A stretch of DNA of 50,779 nt from Polymyxa betae A26-41 (lineage: Eukaryota > Protista > Endomyxa: Phytomyxea): positions 1 to 50,779 of the forward strand of contig RBZT01000492.1 in NCBI GenBank assembly GCA_003693705.1. The letters run 5' to 3'. The stretch's first letter is position 1. Every line of letters starts with the position of its first letter. The notes beneath the pieces are model-generated. The model saw only the letters and a program-made list of their open reading frames with translations. It did no database searches and was not told where the DNA came from. Position numbers and translations under genes: made by a program. Shown in pieces: positions 23,794 to 36,825 of this stretch.

Positions 23794-24425
23794 GGTTCAG
23801 AATGAAATTCGTTGCGAGATGCGACGGTTAACGAGATCACGTTGCTGCAACCAATATCTGAAGAAAGATTAGGGCTCAGTGGCGCATTTCCGTAACCTGG
23901 TGCTGACGACAGATCTCCCAGTGACAGAAGATCTGCGCCGACTTGTGTGTGGACAGTGTGGTCATGCCAACCACATACCGGCGATTGCTATCACGCTCCT
24001 TATACCAACCGCTTGGTTTTATCACATCGAACAATCATGCCCCGTCATACTGCTTCAGATGAATCGATGAGGCAAATGCACGGGCGACAAGGGCAGGATA
24101 TGATTTGAGCAAATATCTGTGCAGCACAGAAGAGCAAACCGCGCTCTAAAGTTTACGTAGCCAGGAACGTGCTTTTCAGTACAACCAGGAAGCATCGATG
24201 TGGTAAGACGTATCATCCTGGCACTACATTATCTGTGATAGCCGGTGCGATCAAGAAACGTCTTTGTTCCAAAAACTGGATTACAATCGCTCTTACTCGA
24301 TAATTCATCTAGATGAACTTTATATGGCATTGTATCGTCATAAGCCAGCATAAGCGCTAAAAGTAACAATACACGGTTAGATTAATAGGACTGCTTGTGG
24401 ATCACAGGATTGTTTGATTGCAACA

Positions 24426-25680
24426 TTATCGAGGCTCTGCGGCGGTGCTTGAGACATCAATGGCACGATCGACCGCTTTTTCTGGGCTACAGACCCTTAT
24501 TTCGATACGACCGACTGCTTCTGTATCGATCTGACCTGGTTCGACATTGTCAGCAGGCGGCGCTTCTGGATCTTCTTCATCAGTCGTAAAATGATAGGAG
24601 GCTGCGGCAAACATTATACGTTTCGTCGAATGTAAAGCTTCTGATCAGCAAAGTCTAAATCTGCCTGCAGGATGGCGCCCTCCAACATCAGGAACGACGC
24701 TATATAGCAGGCCGTGCAGAGGAGCAGCGCATCACGTGCAACATAGCAGGCGCATCCGCACCGCCGCTTACGTCCATTGCGCCGACCCGAACCAGGCTGA
24801 TGCCACGATCGTCGTAATAAATCGATGGCGACATCAATAAGAATGGGCTCACAAACATGATGAACAGCGAGATTAGTAAATCCGGGACAGGAACGTAGAC
24901 CCCGAGCGAAGAGTCCAGTACGGCTCTGACGGGAAACATGAACATACGAGAATTCTGCCAATGATTTTAGCACTGTCATAATCCGGTAGTTGCTTGTCAT
25001 GGGCGACCTGTTCGGCGCGAATCAGGAAATGGAGGCGTGCCATGCCGGTTGTAACTTAGTTGAAGATGCCACTGAGATGCAACAGGAAATGACATTCAGC
25101 GTAAGTACGACCAATCATGAAGAGTTGTGGGATCGTGGAGAACAGCGTTAAAGCAATCGTAACGGCTGCGAACATTTTCATCAAGTTCCACATTGGACGG
25201 CCTAACGGTTATAATTCAGGTATTAAACGATAGAGAATGCAATCTGCATGAAGATCTGACAATGTGTCTGAAGGCGATAGCCGCCGGTTGCTGCCGCGGT
25301 CCAAGTTCGGTTGACTTTGCAGCGACACGCAGAGGGTACACGATTGCCATCTTCTCACATAATAATAATCGTTGTACCGTTGTTAACTATTCCATCCGGG
25401 TCTGTATTGAAAAATCAACAGTTCTGAAACTAGCAAGGCTGACATCCCAAAACGCTAACAGTTTTCATCGGTGGGTCCTGTGTGCTGGGATAAAGAATGT
25501 GAGCCAGTTGGCAGGAAGGACAATGTGTTCGGTCACCTCAAATGTTGCATTAAACCAGTTTCTGAAAGTTTCTCAGTCCGATTATTTATATCTTCCTCCT
25601 TTCGCTTATACAAATGTCACTCCTGATCTCATTATTGCCCCGCCAGAATCCGTCACAATCCAGTCCCATCGCAATGAACT
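24426..25680 (-). CDS. Probable multi-exon membrane-protein gene or pseudogene (structure unresolved)
   Basis: Hydrophobic exon-like pieces (MWNLMKMFAAVTIALTLFSTIPQLFMI; DLLISLFIMFVSPFLLMSPSIYY; ASFLMLEGAILQ) flanked by GT/AG sites. I could not build one clean frame. Confidence 0.3.
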
Positions 25681-26268
25681 CTGCTTTATTGTTTAACCAG
25701 GCCATAGTGTTAATCGACTCTCGACACATTAGTGTGCTTTAATCTGGTACATAGCGTGTAGTTGAAATTCAGCTACTTTAAGTTTTAGGTTGAAAGTAAA
25801 TCTTCGCAGAGGACTTGATGATCAGCAAAGGCGTTGCCCACTGGAATTTCCTGTCTCGTTGAAGCGCCAAGCCTTAAACGTACTCAAATCGTGTGCATTC
25901 TGATTTGTCAACTGTCATACACTAATAATTGTCTGATCGGTAACGACCTCGTGAGTTTTCAAAAACAATAGACATTGAATCGCTTAGGTAGAATCAGCAG
26001 CGTCATATCACTCGTTGACTCCATTCAAACAGCACAAGTGCTGTAACAGCTGAATTTATATGCGATGTTGTGACCAGTGTCCGTCTAATCCTCCAATCTC
26101 ACTGTATGAAGACGTTCAATGACAGCAGGGTATCGTAATTCAAATGGAAATGAAGGCAGCGAGCGCTCTATCCATTATACCAATATCAACAAATGACGAT
26201 CGTCAGCGGCTCAGCGCAGGGCAGTCACAGGTTGTGGTCGTAAGGGCCATCCATACAACGACGACATC

Positions 26269-29200
26269 ATGTCTGCCATCTCGGAGCGGCGCGCCTCCAC
26301 TATCGCTCTTTTAGAAAAAGATGCAAAATATGGACGACAAGATGTTGACGGTGCCGATCTGTTCGGCAAGATGCCTGAAATTTCCGAGCTTGTTAAAGGA
26401 GGTACTCTGCACAAGAACCATTCGGATCTAGCCTTTGCTAATCTCGCTGCTCTTGTTTAGATGAGTTACCGACACTCAATCAGAAACGAATTTATGAAGA
26501 AGCAGAAGCTGAACGGCAAAAGACTCGCGAATTTCGATTCCGAGTGACCAAAGTTCAAGCCACATTTGAAAATGCGATTGCTTATCCTTTCCTTCGAATG
26601 GAGTTTGGAGGAATCGTTAGCGAATTTGAAACTGAGTAATGCGACCATTTATGGCTCTATTCTATACTATCACAGTCTCAGAATGCAGATAGAGATTTGA
26701 GATTGAAGAAGGTCACCGTGAAGGTGAAAGACGAAGAAGGAAAGGTGGTTGATAAAGTCAAAGAAACGGCCGTGTTCTACAAAGCTGAGAACTTGATTGG
26801 CAAACGGCACATATTCTACACACCCTGCATGAAGAACGTCAAGCAAAAAGTGAGCTTCCTCCATGCCCAGTTTCAGCATGATAACAGGCAGATAGGTCGA
26901 TACATTGTTTCCTTGCGATTTCGGAGGGGTATGGCAAGGCACATATTCTGATCTAAAAGCCCAGCAATACCGAATAGAGGTTGTCAGTTTCTGTTCAGAA
27001 TCGAGTATACTGACTTTATCTAACGTTTAGGTATGGAATCGAACTTTTTTTGGTGGAAACGATTTCGTTGGGAAGCACGTTGGCATGCTGATTGATATCG
27101 CCAATGGCTGCGTCGACCAGTACGTTGAAGTCGAAGCGATTTCATCATCGACAAAGGAAATCGTTTGTCAGCTGCGATTCAAATGCGAATTTCAAGTCGA
27201 CATTTTCAGAAACAACTTTTCACTTGCCAATAATCTTCATTTCAGGAAATATTCGATTTCGCTATTGACGTCCGGTCATGGGAAATCCAGGCCGAAGTTT
27301 CTGATGAAAAACAAATTGCAGGTTAGGAAATTGTTGAGACACTTTTCTTGCTGTTTGCGTTCTAAGAAGAGTCTAGAGACAAAAACTCGGCGTACTTTCA
27401 AGCAGCCTATATTGAAGTTTGCAGCACCTCGAGCTCCTTTCAAGGACAGATTACAAACTCTGCTGAGATCTGTCGCTTCGCTGCTTTATAACCACCCATT
27501 TGCTGGGCATGTTCCAGCTTTGGTATCGATACTGGCTAGATTTTGATTTGTTTGATCATTGTGTTTTCCAGGTATCACCGCTGTCTTTCTGGCTCCCTTA
27601 CAGAGAGCTGCCTTTGCTCACAGAAATGTCCCGGACTTGGGAAGACACCAAGACAATGTAAAATGTTTTCGAGATTTTCGGTATAGTCCTTAGCTTGCAT
27701 TGCTCTAGTTGCTATGTGAGTGCATTGAATAAAGATTCTCCGAAAGAAGTGAAAGACAGTGACGATGGATGTTTTGTGTTCAACGACGCTAATAAAGACC
27801 GTCTCAAAAAGTCGATGATGGTAGCTACTAGGTGATTCTTAACTGGCTATTGCAGTAATATGAATTTGACGTCATCTAGCACGTTACATTATCATGGAAC
27901 CCGAACAGATTTGGAAAACGAAAGCGTTTCTATTGTTCTGAACGAGGACAGCACGATTATTGCTGGCCATAAGCCTCTAAAAGGTGGATCCGCTTTCCAG
28001 GGCATCCTTGACTATGGCTACATGTCGGTGCCACTATGTAAGGCGCTCCGATTCACCATATCTTGCTGTCATGTTGTTAATGGCAAATAGCGAATGGAAG
28101 GGATCGGTTTGTTGCCAAAGGCGAGATTCTGTTTCGACCTCCAGGACCACTCTATAGACAAACTGGCAATTTAGGTTGGTTGAATGTTGTTTTTGTGTGT
28201 TAATGCTGAGCGATTTGAATAGAGTATGCATCACTGGATGCGGTTAACATGATTGTTACCGTCGTTCGAGGAAGGAAATTGGAAAGTCTCGTAGGCTATC
28301 AGGAAAAGCTGAGCCCATCCATGACCGTCGAATGGAACAATCAGCAGAAACAGACCAAAGTGCTTCGCGACACCTCGGAACCTTATTGGAACGAACAGCT
28401 TTGGTAGAGCGCCCTTTGATAAAGATGATGAATATAACTTTCAACAACAGGTTTCGAACAGAGATCGATAAAGACATGGACAAACCGTTGCCGTCATCGT
28501 ATTTCAAGTCTGTAGTCATCCTGAAATGCTGGGACAATGAATCGTTCAGCAAATCGCCACTTGGATATGCTGAAATTGACTTCCTCACGATATACCGCGA
28601 CCGAAAAAACTATGTTAGATTGTCCCATTTGCTCATAATCAATTTAATCTGACTTACTATAAGTTTGGTCGAGGTGGAAAATTGGTTTACAAGACCCATC
28701 TTAAACTTAATATTTCAGACGATTATGGCAAAATGAACGTTTCTCCAACGGTGGAAATCGAAATCCATTTCGTACCTGGTAGATTTCGATTGCTGGATTG
28801 AAGCTGTTGAAGCCAATTGATGTTTAGAACTGAAACTAGCTCGCTTGGAAATGACCGACTTTCTCTCGCTTCAGGAAGAAGCGAAGAAGATTGCCGAAGC
28901 CAAAGAGAAAGAGAACCAAGACTATGAACGGGCGCTGACAGCTTGGGCTGAAGTTCAAAAAACTCTCGAAGCCGTATTATTCGTCTGTTGTCCCAATCGA
29001 ACTTCGCTTAATTTCTATAGATTCCGACAGACATTGTCGGATTTCGCCTAAAGCGCTACTTTCACGTCCAAGGCATCGATGAACAAACTGGTAAAACCTT
29101 TATCAATTGTTGTCAAATGGTGCACACATTTCGGACTCGTTTGAAACTGTTCAATTATATTTTGAATTTCCTTGGTTGTATTATCCCTTCAGTATGTATA

Positions 29201-31222
29201 AAACTCTGACCGAATACGCTTACCTTTGATTAGGCAATGTGTATTGGCTCCCTCGTTTCATTGGCGAAGTTTATCCTCCAAGTGGTCTACGTCAGCCCGA
29301 AGACATTCTCCACTTTGTATCGTCGTTAGAACATCAACATCGAGTACCAACAAAAATCAAAGAACGTTTCGAGGAACTGACTTCTCTGATAAGGCCACTC
29401 CTCCTCGCCGTCAACAGGGTTCGCACGGTCCTGCTCTTTTGGTGTGGGCGGATCCTTATTATTTCTTGGAGAAACGAAAGGGAACGATTCGAGACCATGC
29501 AATTCTTCTTTGCTGCTTCCTAGAGGCCCGTTGCTTCGATGCTTATGTCGCAATTGGTTCAGTTCGAAGACCCGATAACGAAATCTCAGAACATGTATGA
29601 ATCAGAATCGCCGCTGCTGGGTTGAGCACCAAATTGCATGATTAGTACTGGGTCCTGACGAGGGAAGCTAAAAAGCTGATTATCGAGGGAGAGGCATCAG
29701 GGACTGTTAACATCATCCGGTTTTGGGAGCCAACCACAGGAAAGATAATAACTCTTGAACCAAGCGACATTCCAAGGTCATCTTTTTCCTCGTTATTTCT
29801 TGACTTCTTCGGGCTTTTTCGCTTAAAGTTTCGAATAAGTTCCTGACCAATCTTACACTTGTGAAGATGGACGGAACGGAAAGAAGACGACGGTAAATGG
29901 GTCATACCGGCTCAAAAGAAAAGCCCGGTCGAAGATGTAACTTTTGTTTCAGCACCCGAATATCAATTAAGTTTCTGTTCAGAAACCGATTAGTGCAGAG
30001 GGGGAGTTAAAATCCAAAAAGCGTCGGTCGCGCCGACACCAGTATGCCCCCGGGGAGCAACTGTTGCATCTCGACGTCGAATCCACAGCAAGGCAGTCCA
30101 GGAAAATCAGCTCAATCGGGGCTGGAAATTTTTCGGTTTTTGCTGAACAGAAATCAGCGCTTGAAGAATTCAACAAGAAAATGGAAAAAGAACAAAAGCA
30201 AAGGTAATTCACCCCAAGCTTCGTTGTCGTCAGTTTTAATACGATGCTGCCAGGCTGGAACCACTGAGGATACCAGAATTCGATATTCCGTCAAAAATGC
30301 CCTACGTTTCCCTTGATGTCGTATTCAATCGAAATCGTCTGTTCGCCAATACACAATCCTATGATCCTCAGGTATCATATCCATTCCTTGCGTCTTATGA
30401 TCTGAACCTTTTGAAGAAAATCTCGTATAATTTCTACACCCAACGGGACCGTTGGTACGAGTTTCCCTTCAACCTTGACCGACCTGACTCGCCTGCTGAA
30501 CCATTCTACCGAAAAAAGCCTTTACGGTCAAAGGCTCCGAGTCATGAGATACGAGAAGCGACTGTCAACATTTCGCGAATCATTCAAGGTTTGCCTAGCA
30601 AAATGATCAACTATCACGAACTCATCTTTCTCCAGTTGCAATTTCACAATACAGAGAATTTAGCTGTGATTGTGATGCTGCTGAAACCAATTTTTTCCCA
30701 AGCAGCAATCTAACTACAATCGACAGTCGATTGGAGATTGACGAAAGGTTTCAATACGAGAACGCGTCAGGTATCCAGTTTGTATGGCTGCTAACCTTGT
30801 TCTAATTAAAGCATAGAGGACCCAACTGATACCATGACGATCCATGCAAAACATGCCGAGTTATTAAATCGTTGGCGCGAAGCATTGTTAAAGCTGCTGC
30901 CACCTGGGTTTACTTATGATGATAAGATTCTATATTTCAAGCATTCCGACACATCCAGGATCGCTGATGCAGTCATCAGATATTGCAAGGTATACTTATT
31001 TTAGCATGATAAACCCTGAAAGCTTATCCGTTTCTCTAGAAACTTTTGGAATTACCAGATTTCCGACACCCCCAATTCATCGTCCGTGTCAAAGTCGAGC
31101 CGCTCCCATGCAACGTTTGTCCGGTTCGCGTTCTCGTTGGAGCTGTTTTCAAGGCTGTCACAGAGCTGGACGAGATTGATGATTTGAACAGGTTGCAGCA
31201 AAACGTAACACGGCCGCTCTAG
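26269..31222 (+). CDS. Large multi-C2-domain protein with CEP76/CC2D2A-type transglutaminase-like domain and CEP76-like C-terminus, many exons
   Basis: C2-like segments (YRIE|VWNRTFFGGNDFVG; LKCWDNESFSKSPLGYAEIDF), WADPYYFLEKRKGTIRDHAILLCCFLEARCFDAYVAIG, EH|YWVLT, IRFWEPTTG, PYVSLDVVFNRNRLFANTQ, and C-terminal FIVRVKVEPLPCNVCPVRVLVGAV. The start position is approximate. Confidence 0.8.
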
Positions 31223-31236
31223 CTTCGTCTTTCCTT

Positions 31237-32577
31237 TCATCTAAGTAAAATTTTCCGATTTAATTTTTGGTTTTGTTAGAGTGGTATTCGTAAAATCCTT
31301 TTCCAGTCTTTTTCCCCAGCCACCCAGCAGCAACGTAATTCGTCAAAAGCGGGCATGCTGTACAACCAAATCAATACTCTTGGTAATGCAAGAACCATAA
31401 GCATACGTCGGTATTTGCTATCACCTATATCCCTGTGTAGAACCTCCATGATCGAAAGGCAGGTATCCAAACCAATAAAATCTAGCCAAAAGTTCAGAAA
31501 ATTTAAAACAAGGTGAGAATTCAGACCAGCTAACTGCAATGGTCCCATGGGAACGTTGGTCCCAAGTTTCATTGTCTTGTCGATATCCTCAGCTGAGGCA
31601 ATGCCTTCACTGAATACGAACACAGCCTCGTTGATATAGGGCATTAACAGTCGATTGGCAATGAACCCTGGATAGTCTTTGGAAAAGGTCGTTTCTTTGT
31701 TCATTTTCTTGGCCAGATCCAGCGTGGAGTTCAAAGTCATCTCTGATGGCTCCAGTTAAAACGCTGGTAAAGCAACCTGATCGCTGACGCTCTACCGGAA
31801 GTGGAAACGCCACCGATGATTTCCACCAACTTCATTACTGGGACTAATCAACATATATCAGGAACTTACACGAGCATATCGCCAGGGACAAACCCGGATT
31901 CATAAAATGCATTCCGATTACGCGATCTGGACGCTTTGTTGCGCCACCGAGTCTACCATTAACGATTAATTTGTTAATCCATTTCCGATCCAAAAAATCC
32001 AGAAAAGCACTCAATTCTATCCACACAAGCATAACAGCAGAGACCTTGAGATGGATATTGATGATGTGTTTGAGGCCAAAATAGTGTGCTCTGGAGCTAG
32101 CTCGTCACATCTCGATAAGATCTTCTGCTTGACTTCGAAGTTTTCGGTGACTGCCTCAATTACAAAATCGCTATCTGAAACCACCTAGCTAATCTCAGCA
32201 ACAAATTGTACCAACCAGAGGTCGGCGGCAAGCTCTTTACCTCCATTTTATTTTGAAATGAGAGTCTGCTCAAAGAACGTTCAGCGTCGTCAGACTGGAC
32301 TTTTCCCTTTGAGATCTGGTTTTCAAACCAGATGCGAGAAAATGATTCCGATTTTTGAGTCGCTGCATGGTTGGAATCGACTACGACTACAGCGATCTGT
32401 AAATTCCTTCATACAATCCTTAACTTCTGTTCGTAATTGTTACCTTGGCAACATGGGCGGCGACAAGAGCGATTCCCGTGCCCATTTGACCTAATCCATC
32501 AGTCAAGCGGTATCCCAAGAGGACATCATCTCAAGACCTGCTCCGATCACGACTAGCTTCTTAACGGTTCCACTCAT
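31237..32577 (-). CDS. 3-hydroxybutyryl-CoA / 3-hydroxyacyl-CoA dehydrogenase, multi-exon
   Basis: VVIGAG|QMGTGIA (Rossmann), FVIEAVTENFEVK, LASNTSSISI, IGMHFMNP, DYPGFIANRLLMPYINEA, GTNVPMGPLQLA|DFIGLD and GWLGKKTGKGFYEY. Confidence 0.95.
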
Positions 32578-32940
32578 CTTCAAAGCAAGACACTTCACTC
32601 TTCAGCAGGTACCTATCAAATCACTGCTACTAAAGCAAAGCGAAACCAACACAATGTCCGTTATGTTCCGCTATACAATCATGCGCCCATATCCGTTATC
32701 AACGTTGGTTTCTGTTTATAATGAATTGAAGCGAGCCTTTCTAGTAAAACCAACCTTTCAGCACTCAAGCAAACAGGATTTTGATCGAATCCTTCGACAT
32801 TTTTAACAAACCTTGAAACACTTCGATTGAGGTGAAATCCGTCGAAAATCAGGTCATGTCGAGATGGCTTCGCTGATTCCATGTAATTTGTGGGATTTGC
32901 AGGTAAATGCAGACTACATCGCTTGCTTACAACCGTGAAA

Positions 32941-33002
32941 AATCACACCCGCTTGTCTTTAATGCACGAAGAATCGCACCCGCTTGTTTTTTAATGCACG
33001 AG
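32941..33002 (+). repeat. Two-copy imperfect 31-bp tandem repeat in a divergent intergenic region
   Basis: aatcacacccgcttgtctttaatgcacgaag / aatcgcacccgcttgttttttaatgcacgag. Confidence 0.85.
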
Positions 33003-33178
33003 CGACGTATCATGATTTTATGCAATTCAAAAATCTAGATCCTCGCCGACCTTGAAAAGCCGGAAAAATATCTTTGAGAGGGTACCTTTACAAGGCAGTG
33101 TGACGGTTCACAAGGAACGTTAACGGACTGTCAGCATTACGTTAGCATCAATGCATCAGTGACAGGAAATTTCTCTCT

Positions 33179-34615
33179 ATGAAGTCATCTCCCATTCTAT
33201 ATATTGAAATCGTTGCTTGCGCTGTCGCTTTCCTTATCTCTATTGTTTTCACACTTAAGCCAGTTCGCCTGTTCTCCAATGTCTGGATTTCGATGGCTAC
33301 GGCGCCACTGCTCAGCGTCGCCTTGCTCTTAGCTCTCGGTGTTATCAACTTTGGCAATGTTTGGACGGCGATCAAAGGCGACGATTATTTGAAGCCGTAT
33401 ACAATTATCATTCTGTTTCAGTCGTTAGCATACTTATGCCTATCGATGGATGAAACTGGCGTACTTAAAGCTTTATCGCTAGCAATGGTTGCTCGCGCAG
33501 GAGCTTCTTATATGAAACTTTTCTCATACATCTTTCTGTTAGCATCGCTGCTAACTGTATTTACTTCGAATGACATTGTCATTTTGACCATGACGCCCAT
33601 TATCTGCCATTTAGCAAAAGATACTGAATTGGATCCCGAGCCTTTACTATTCGTTCAGTTTACAGCTGCCAACACTCTATCTATCATCTTCTTTTTCTCA
33701 AATCCAACCAACATTGTCGTAAGCGATGCGTTTCGCTTAACTTTCTGGTCATATCTTCAATGGATGTTTCTACCAACCGTAGCTGCCGGAATTGCTCTGT
33801 TTGCTTCCCTGTTTCTAATATATAGGAAGCAGTTTAAAATCCAGCAAGAAATCCTATGCTTGGCACACAACCCGCTGGCCTTCGAGATTGAGAGGAAAGA
33901 CGTGATTCCCGATAAAACGTTGGCAGCGACTTCAGTGGGAATCTTTTCAGTTTGTTTAACTGGAATCGTATTCGCCCCATTGATCGGCATTGACGCATGG
34001 ATACCTCCTTTGATATGCGGAGGCCTCATGCTTGCTGTCGACATGGCACATGATATTAGACAATCATACCCTAAACTGAAGTTTAAGCGGGTTCGTAAAG
34101 TCTGCGAAAACGTACCGTTTTCAGTGACTCCATTCGTGTTCGGAATGTTTATTCTCGTCGAGACATTGAATGTTATTAAGCTAACAGGGCCTGTAAGCAC
34201 CTTTTTAGCTCGATCATGCGCCGCTAACGGTGTCGCTTTTACTGTCTTTTGGATGCTATTTTTATCAATGTTGTTCTGTAATGTGATTAACAACCAGCCT
34301 ATGACCATTCTATTCGTCAGTATAATCAAGCACGATGCTTTTCAATCAACGTTAATGTCCTTAGTGAGCGCTAATGAGACTCAAAAACTGGTTAAAGCAG
34401 CAATGTTCGCTATTGTTATGGGAAGCAACTTCGGTGCAAACATTACCTTTATCGGTTCTTTAGCTGGAATTTTATGGAAAACCATTTTGAGCGCTTCATT
34501 CAGTCTGGAAGTTTCGCAAAGGACCTTCTTCAAAGTGGGCTCATTCTGCATGCTGTGCGTGGGAATTTGTTCAGGATTGACGCTGATGATTGAGCTTTAT
34601 TTGGACACGATTTAG
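33179..34615 (+). CDS. ArsB/NhaD (ion-transporter superfamily) permease, intronless, 478 aa
   Basis: Many hydrophobic TM segments with the motifs DETGVL, LTVFTSNDIVILTMTPII, AANTLS..SNPTNIVV, INNQPMTILF and GSNFGANITFIGSLAGILW. Confidence 0.92.
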   Translation: MKSSPILYIEIVACAVAFLISIVFTLKPVRLFSNVWISMATAPLLSVALLLALGVINFGNVWTAIKGDDYLKPYTIIILFQSLAYLCLSMDETGVLKALSLAMVARAGASYMKLFSYIFLLASLLTVFTSNDIVILTMTPIICHLAKDTELDPEPLLFVQFTAANTLSIIFFFSNPTNIVVSDAFRLTFWSYLQWMFLPTVAAGIALFASLFLIYRKQFKIQQEILCLAHNPLAFEIERKDVIPDKTLAATSVGIFSVCLTGIVFAPLIGIDAWIPPLICGGLMLAVDMAHDIRQSYPKLKFKRVRKVCENVPFSVTPFVFGMFILVETLNVIKLTGPVSTFLARSCAANGVAFTVFWMLFLSMLFCNVINNQPMTILFVSIIKHDAFQSTLMSLVSANETQKLVKAAMFAIVMGSNFGANITFIGSLAGILWKTILSASFSLEVSQRTFFKVGSFCMLCVGICSGLTLMIELYLDTI

Positions 34616-35351
34616 TTCATATGGCTTGCTATTGGGCTCTTTCTTCAAGTTTCTGGTTTCGCACAACGTGTATAAGCTTTCTGTGGCGAAAAAGAAGTCC
34701 AGATCCAAGCAATACATTTGCAGCAAGAATTCTATGTGACGAACTTCAACGACTGGCAAGCAAGCATCAACGTATACGCGATTATTTAAACCTGTTGGTG
34801 AACAGGACATTCCCTCACGAGCCCGCACCAGTTCGGAAGCTGACGACCTACCTGCACACCAAGTATGCCATACCGATCTCTTTTTTACCTAGAGAAGAAT
34901 GACGAAAGGTTCTGGAGTAAATGACGACTTTGCTGGCAAAGGCCAAGAAATGACACCTCAAGAAGGGGCCAAAATTCAGCGAGAGGGGGAATAATCAGGC
35001 GAGTTATCAATTAAACCAGAATCTCGCCACCCAAACACATCGACGGGCCCGGCTCAGAGTAAAACATCCAAGGCACCGCCTTCATCAGCACCAATGTTGT
35101 GGTGGAGATGCGTGAATGAATGCGTCTCTGTCTCAAAAACGACGCCGACGCTCCATGCTTATCTAGGCGATCTTCATTGTCATAAATAAACGTTGATTTG
35201 TTCGTCCGGGATTGCAGTTCATGACAGGAGCTTTCGATATTTGGGCTGCTCTCAAGGCTTCTGTGACCGGGAGCATGTAACATTGAGAAGACTGCGCAAC
35301 ACACGTCTCTGTTTTCTTGTCGCTGCTATTCTCAATCCTCATTCTTTAATC

Positions 35352-35925
35352 ATGGCAAGTCGTCGCATAGACTATGGAGGTATCGGTTCCAATCGCATCA
35401 AGCCTCGACGTAAATCTAGGCCGGATCTGACTGAAGAACAGAAACAGGAGATCAAAGAGGCTTTTGACCTTTTTGATACCGATAAGAGTGGCACCATTGA
35501 TTATCATGAGCTGAAAGTCGCTATGAGGGCTCTGGGTTTCGATGTAAACAAACAAGAAGTTACTAAACTTATGCAGGAATATGACAGGAATGAAACTGGT
35601 CATATTGAATATGCTGACTTTGTAGAAATCAGTATGTCGCCTTGGCTGAGATTTAGATTGCATCGTAATTAATCGTACCATAGTGACACAGAAGATCGCC
35701 GAGCGCGATCCAGATGAAGAGATTATAAAGGCATTCGCCCTATTTGACGAGGATAACACTGGCAAAATCTCACTAAAGAATTTGAGAAAAGTGGCTCGAG
35801 AACTGGGCGAGAATCTGGCTGATGATGAGCTTCAAGCCATGATCGACGAATTTGACAAAAACCAAGATGGGGAAATCGATGCTGAAGAATTTATGGCGAT
35901 TATGAAGCAGACTAGCATCTATTAA
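35352..35925 (+). CDS. CETN3: Centrin-3 (Cdc31-type), 2 exons
   Basis: [40 protein letters not shown]; intron 35632-35682; four EF-hands; [14 protein letters not shown] is typical of centrin-3. Confidence 0.92.
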
Positions 35926-36055
35926 GTGCTTTTAAACGTCTACAATAAATGCTCGACTGTTTTAATTATTTAAAAAATCGCTTTCTTCTGGCCAATAATC
36001 ATTCAACATTCTCGATTGTGTATTAACTCATCTAAACGAAATACAAATATGTAAT

Positions 36056-36577
<522 letters not shown>

Positions 36578-36825
36578 ATCAACAGTTCGGATATCGGAAT
36601 GATGTCATAAATAACGCAGTTCACGGCGGACAAGCCAATATCAATTTCAATAATTGTCCATTCTAAACAGAACTCAATGCCAATGGGTTATGTATGGGAG
36701 GAAAAACGTCTTCATTTAATATAAAATGTTGACAGATACGCAGCTTTGTTAGCGTTGCTGTCAAATCAAGCAAACAGAGCGCATTAAGACATGTTACATA
36801 ATCATCTAACAGTCATCATTCAGTA

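Noticed and set aside
33757-34329. Long antisense ORFs (also 17378-17824 and 15303-15794)
   Set aside because: They are shadows of well-supported genes on the opposite strand.
34899-34994. Short ORF containing MTPQEGAKIQREG, resembling the SMP motif
   Set aside because: It stops immediately and lacks the GF..RAQAAA half, so it is probably chance.
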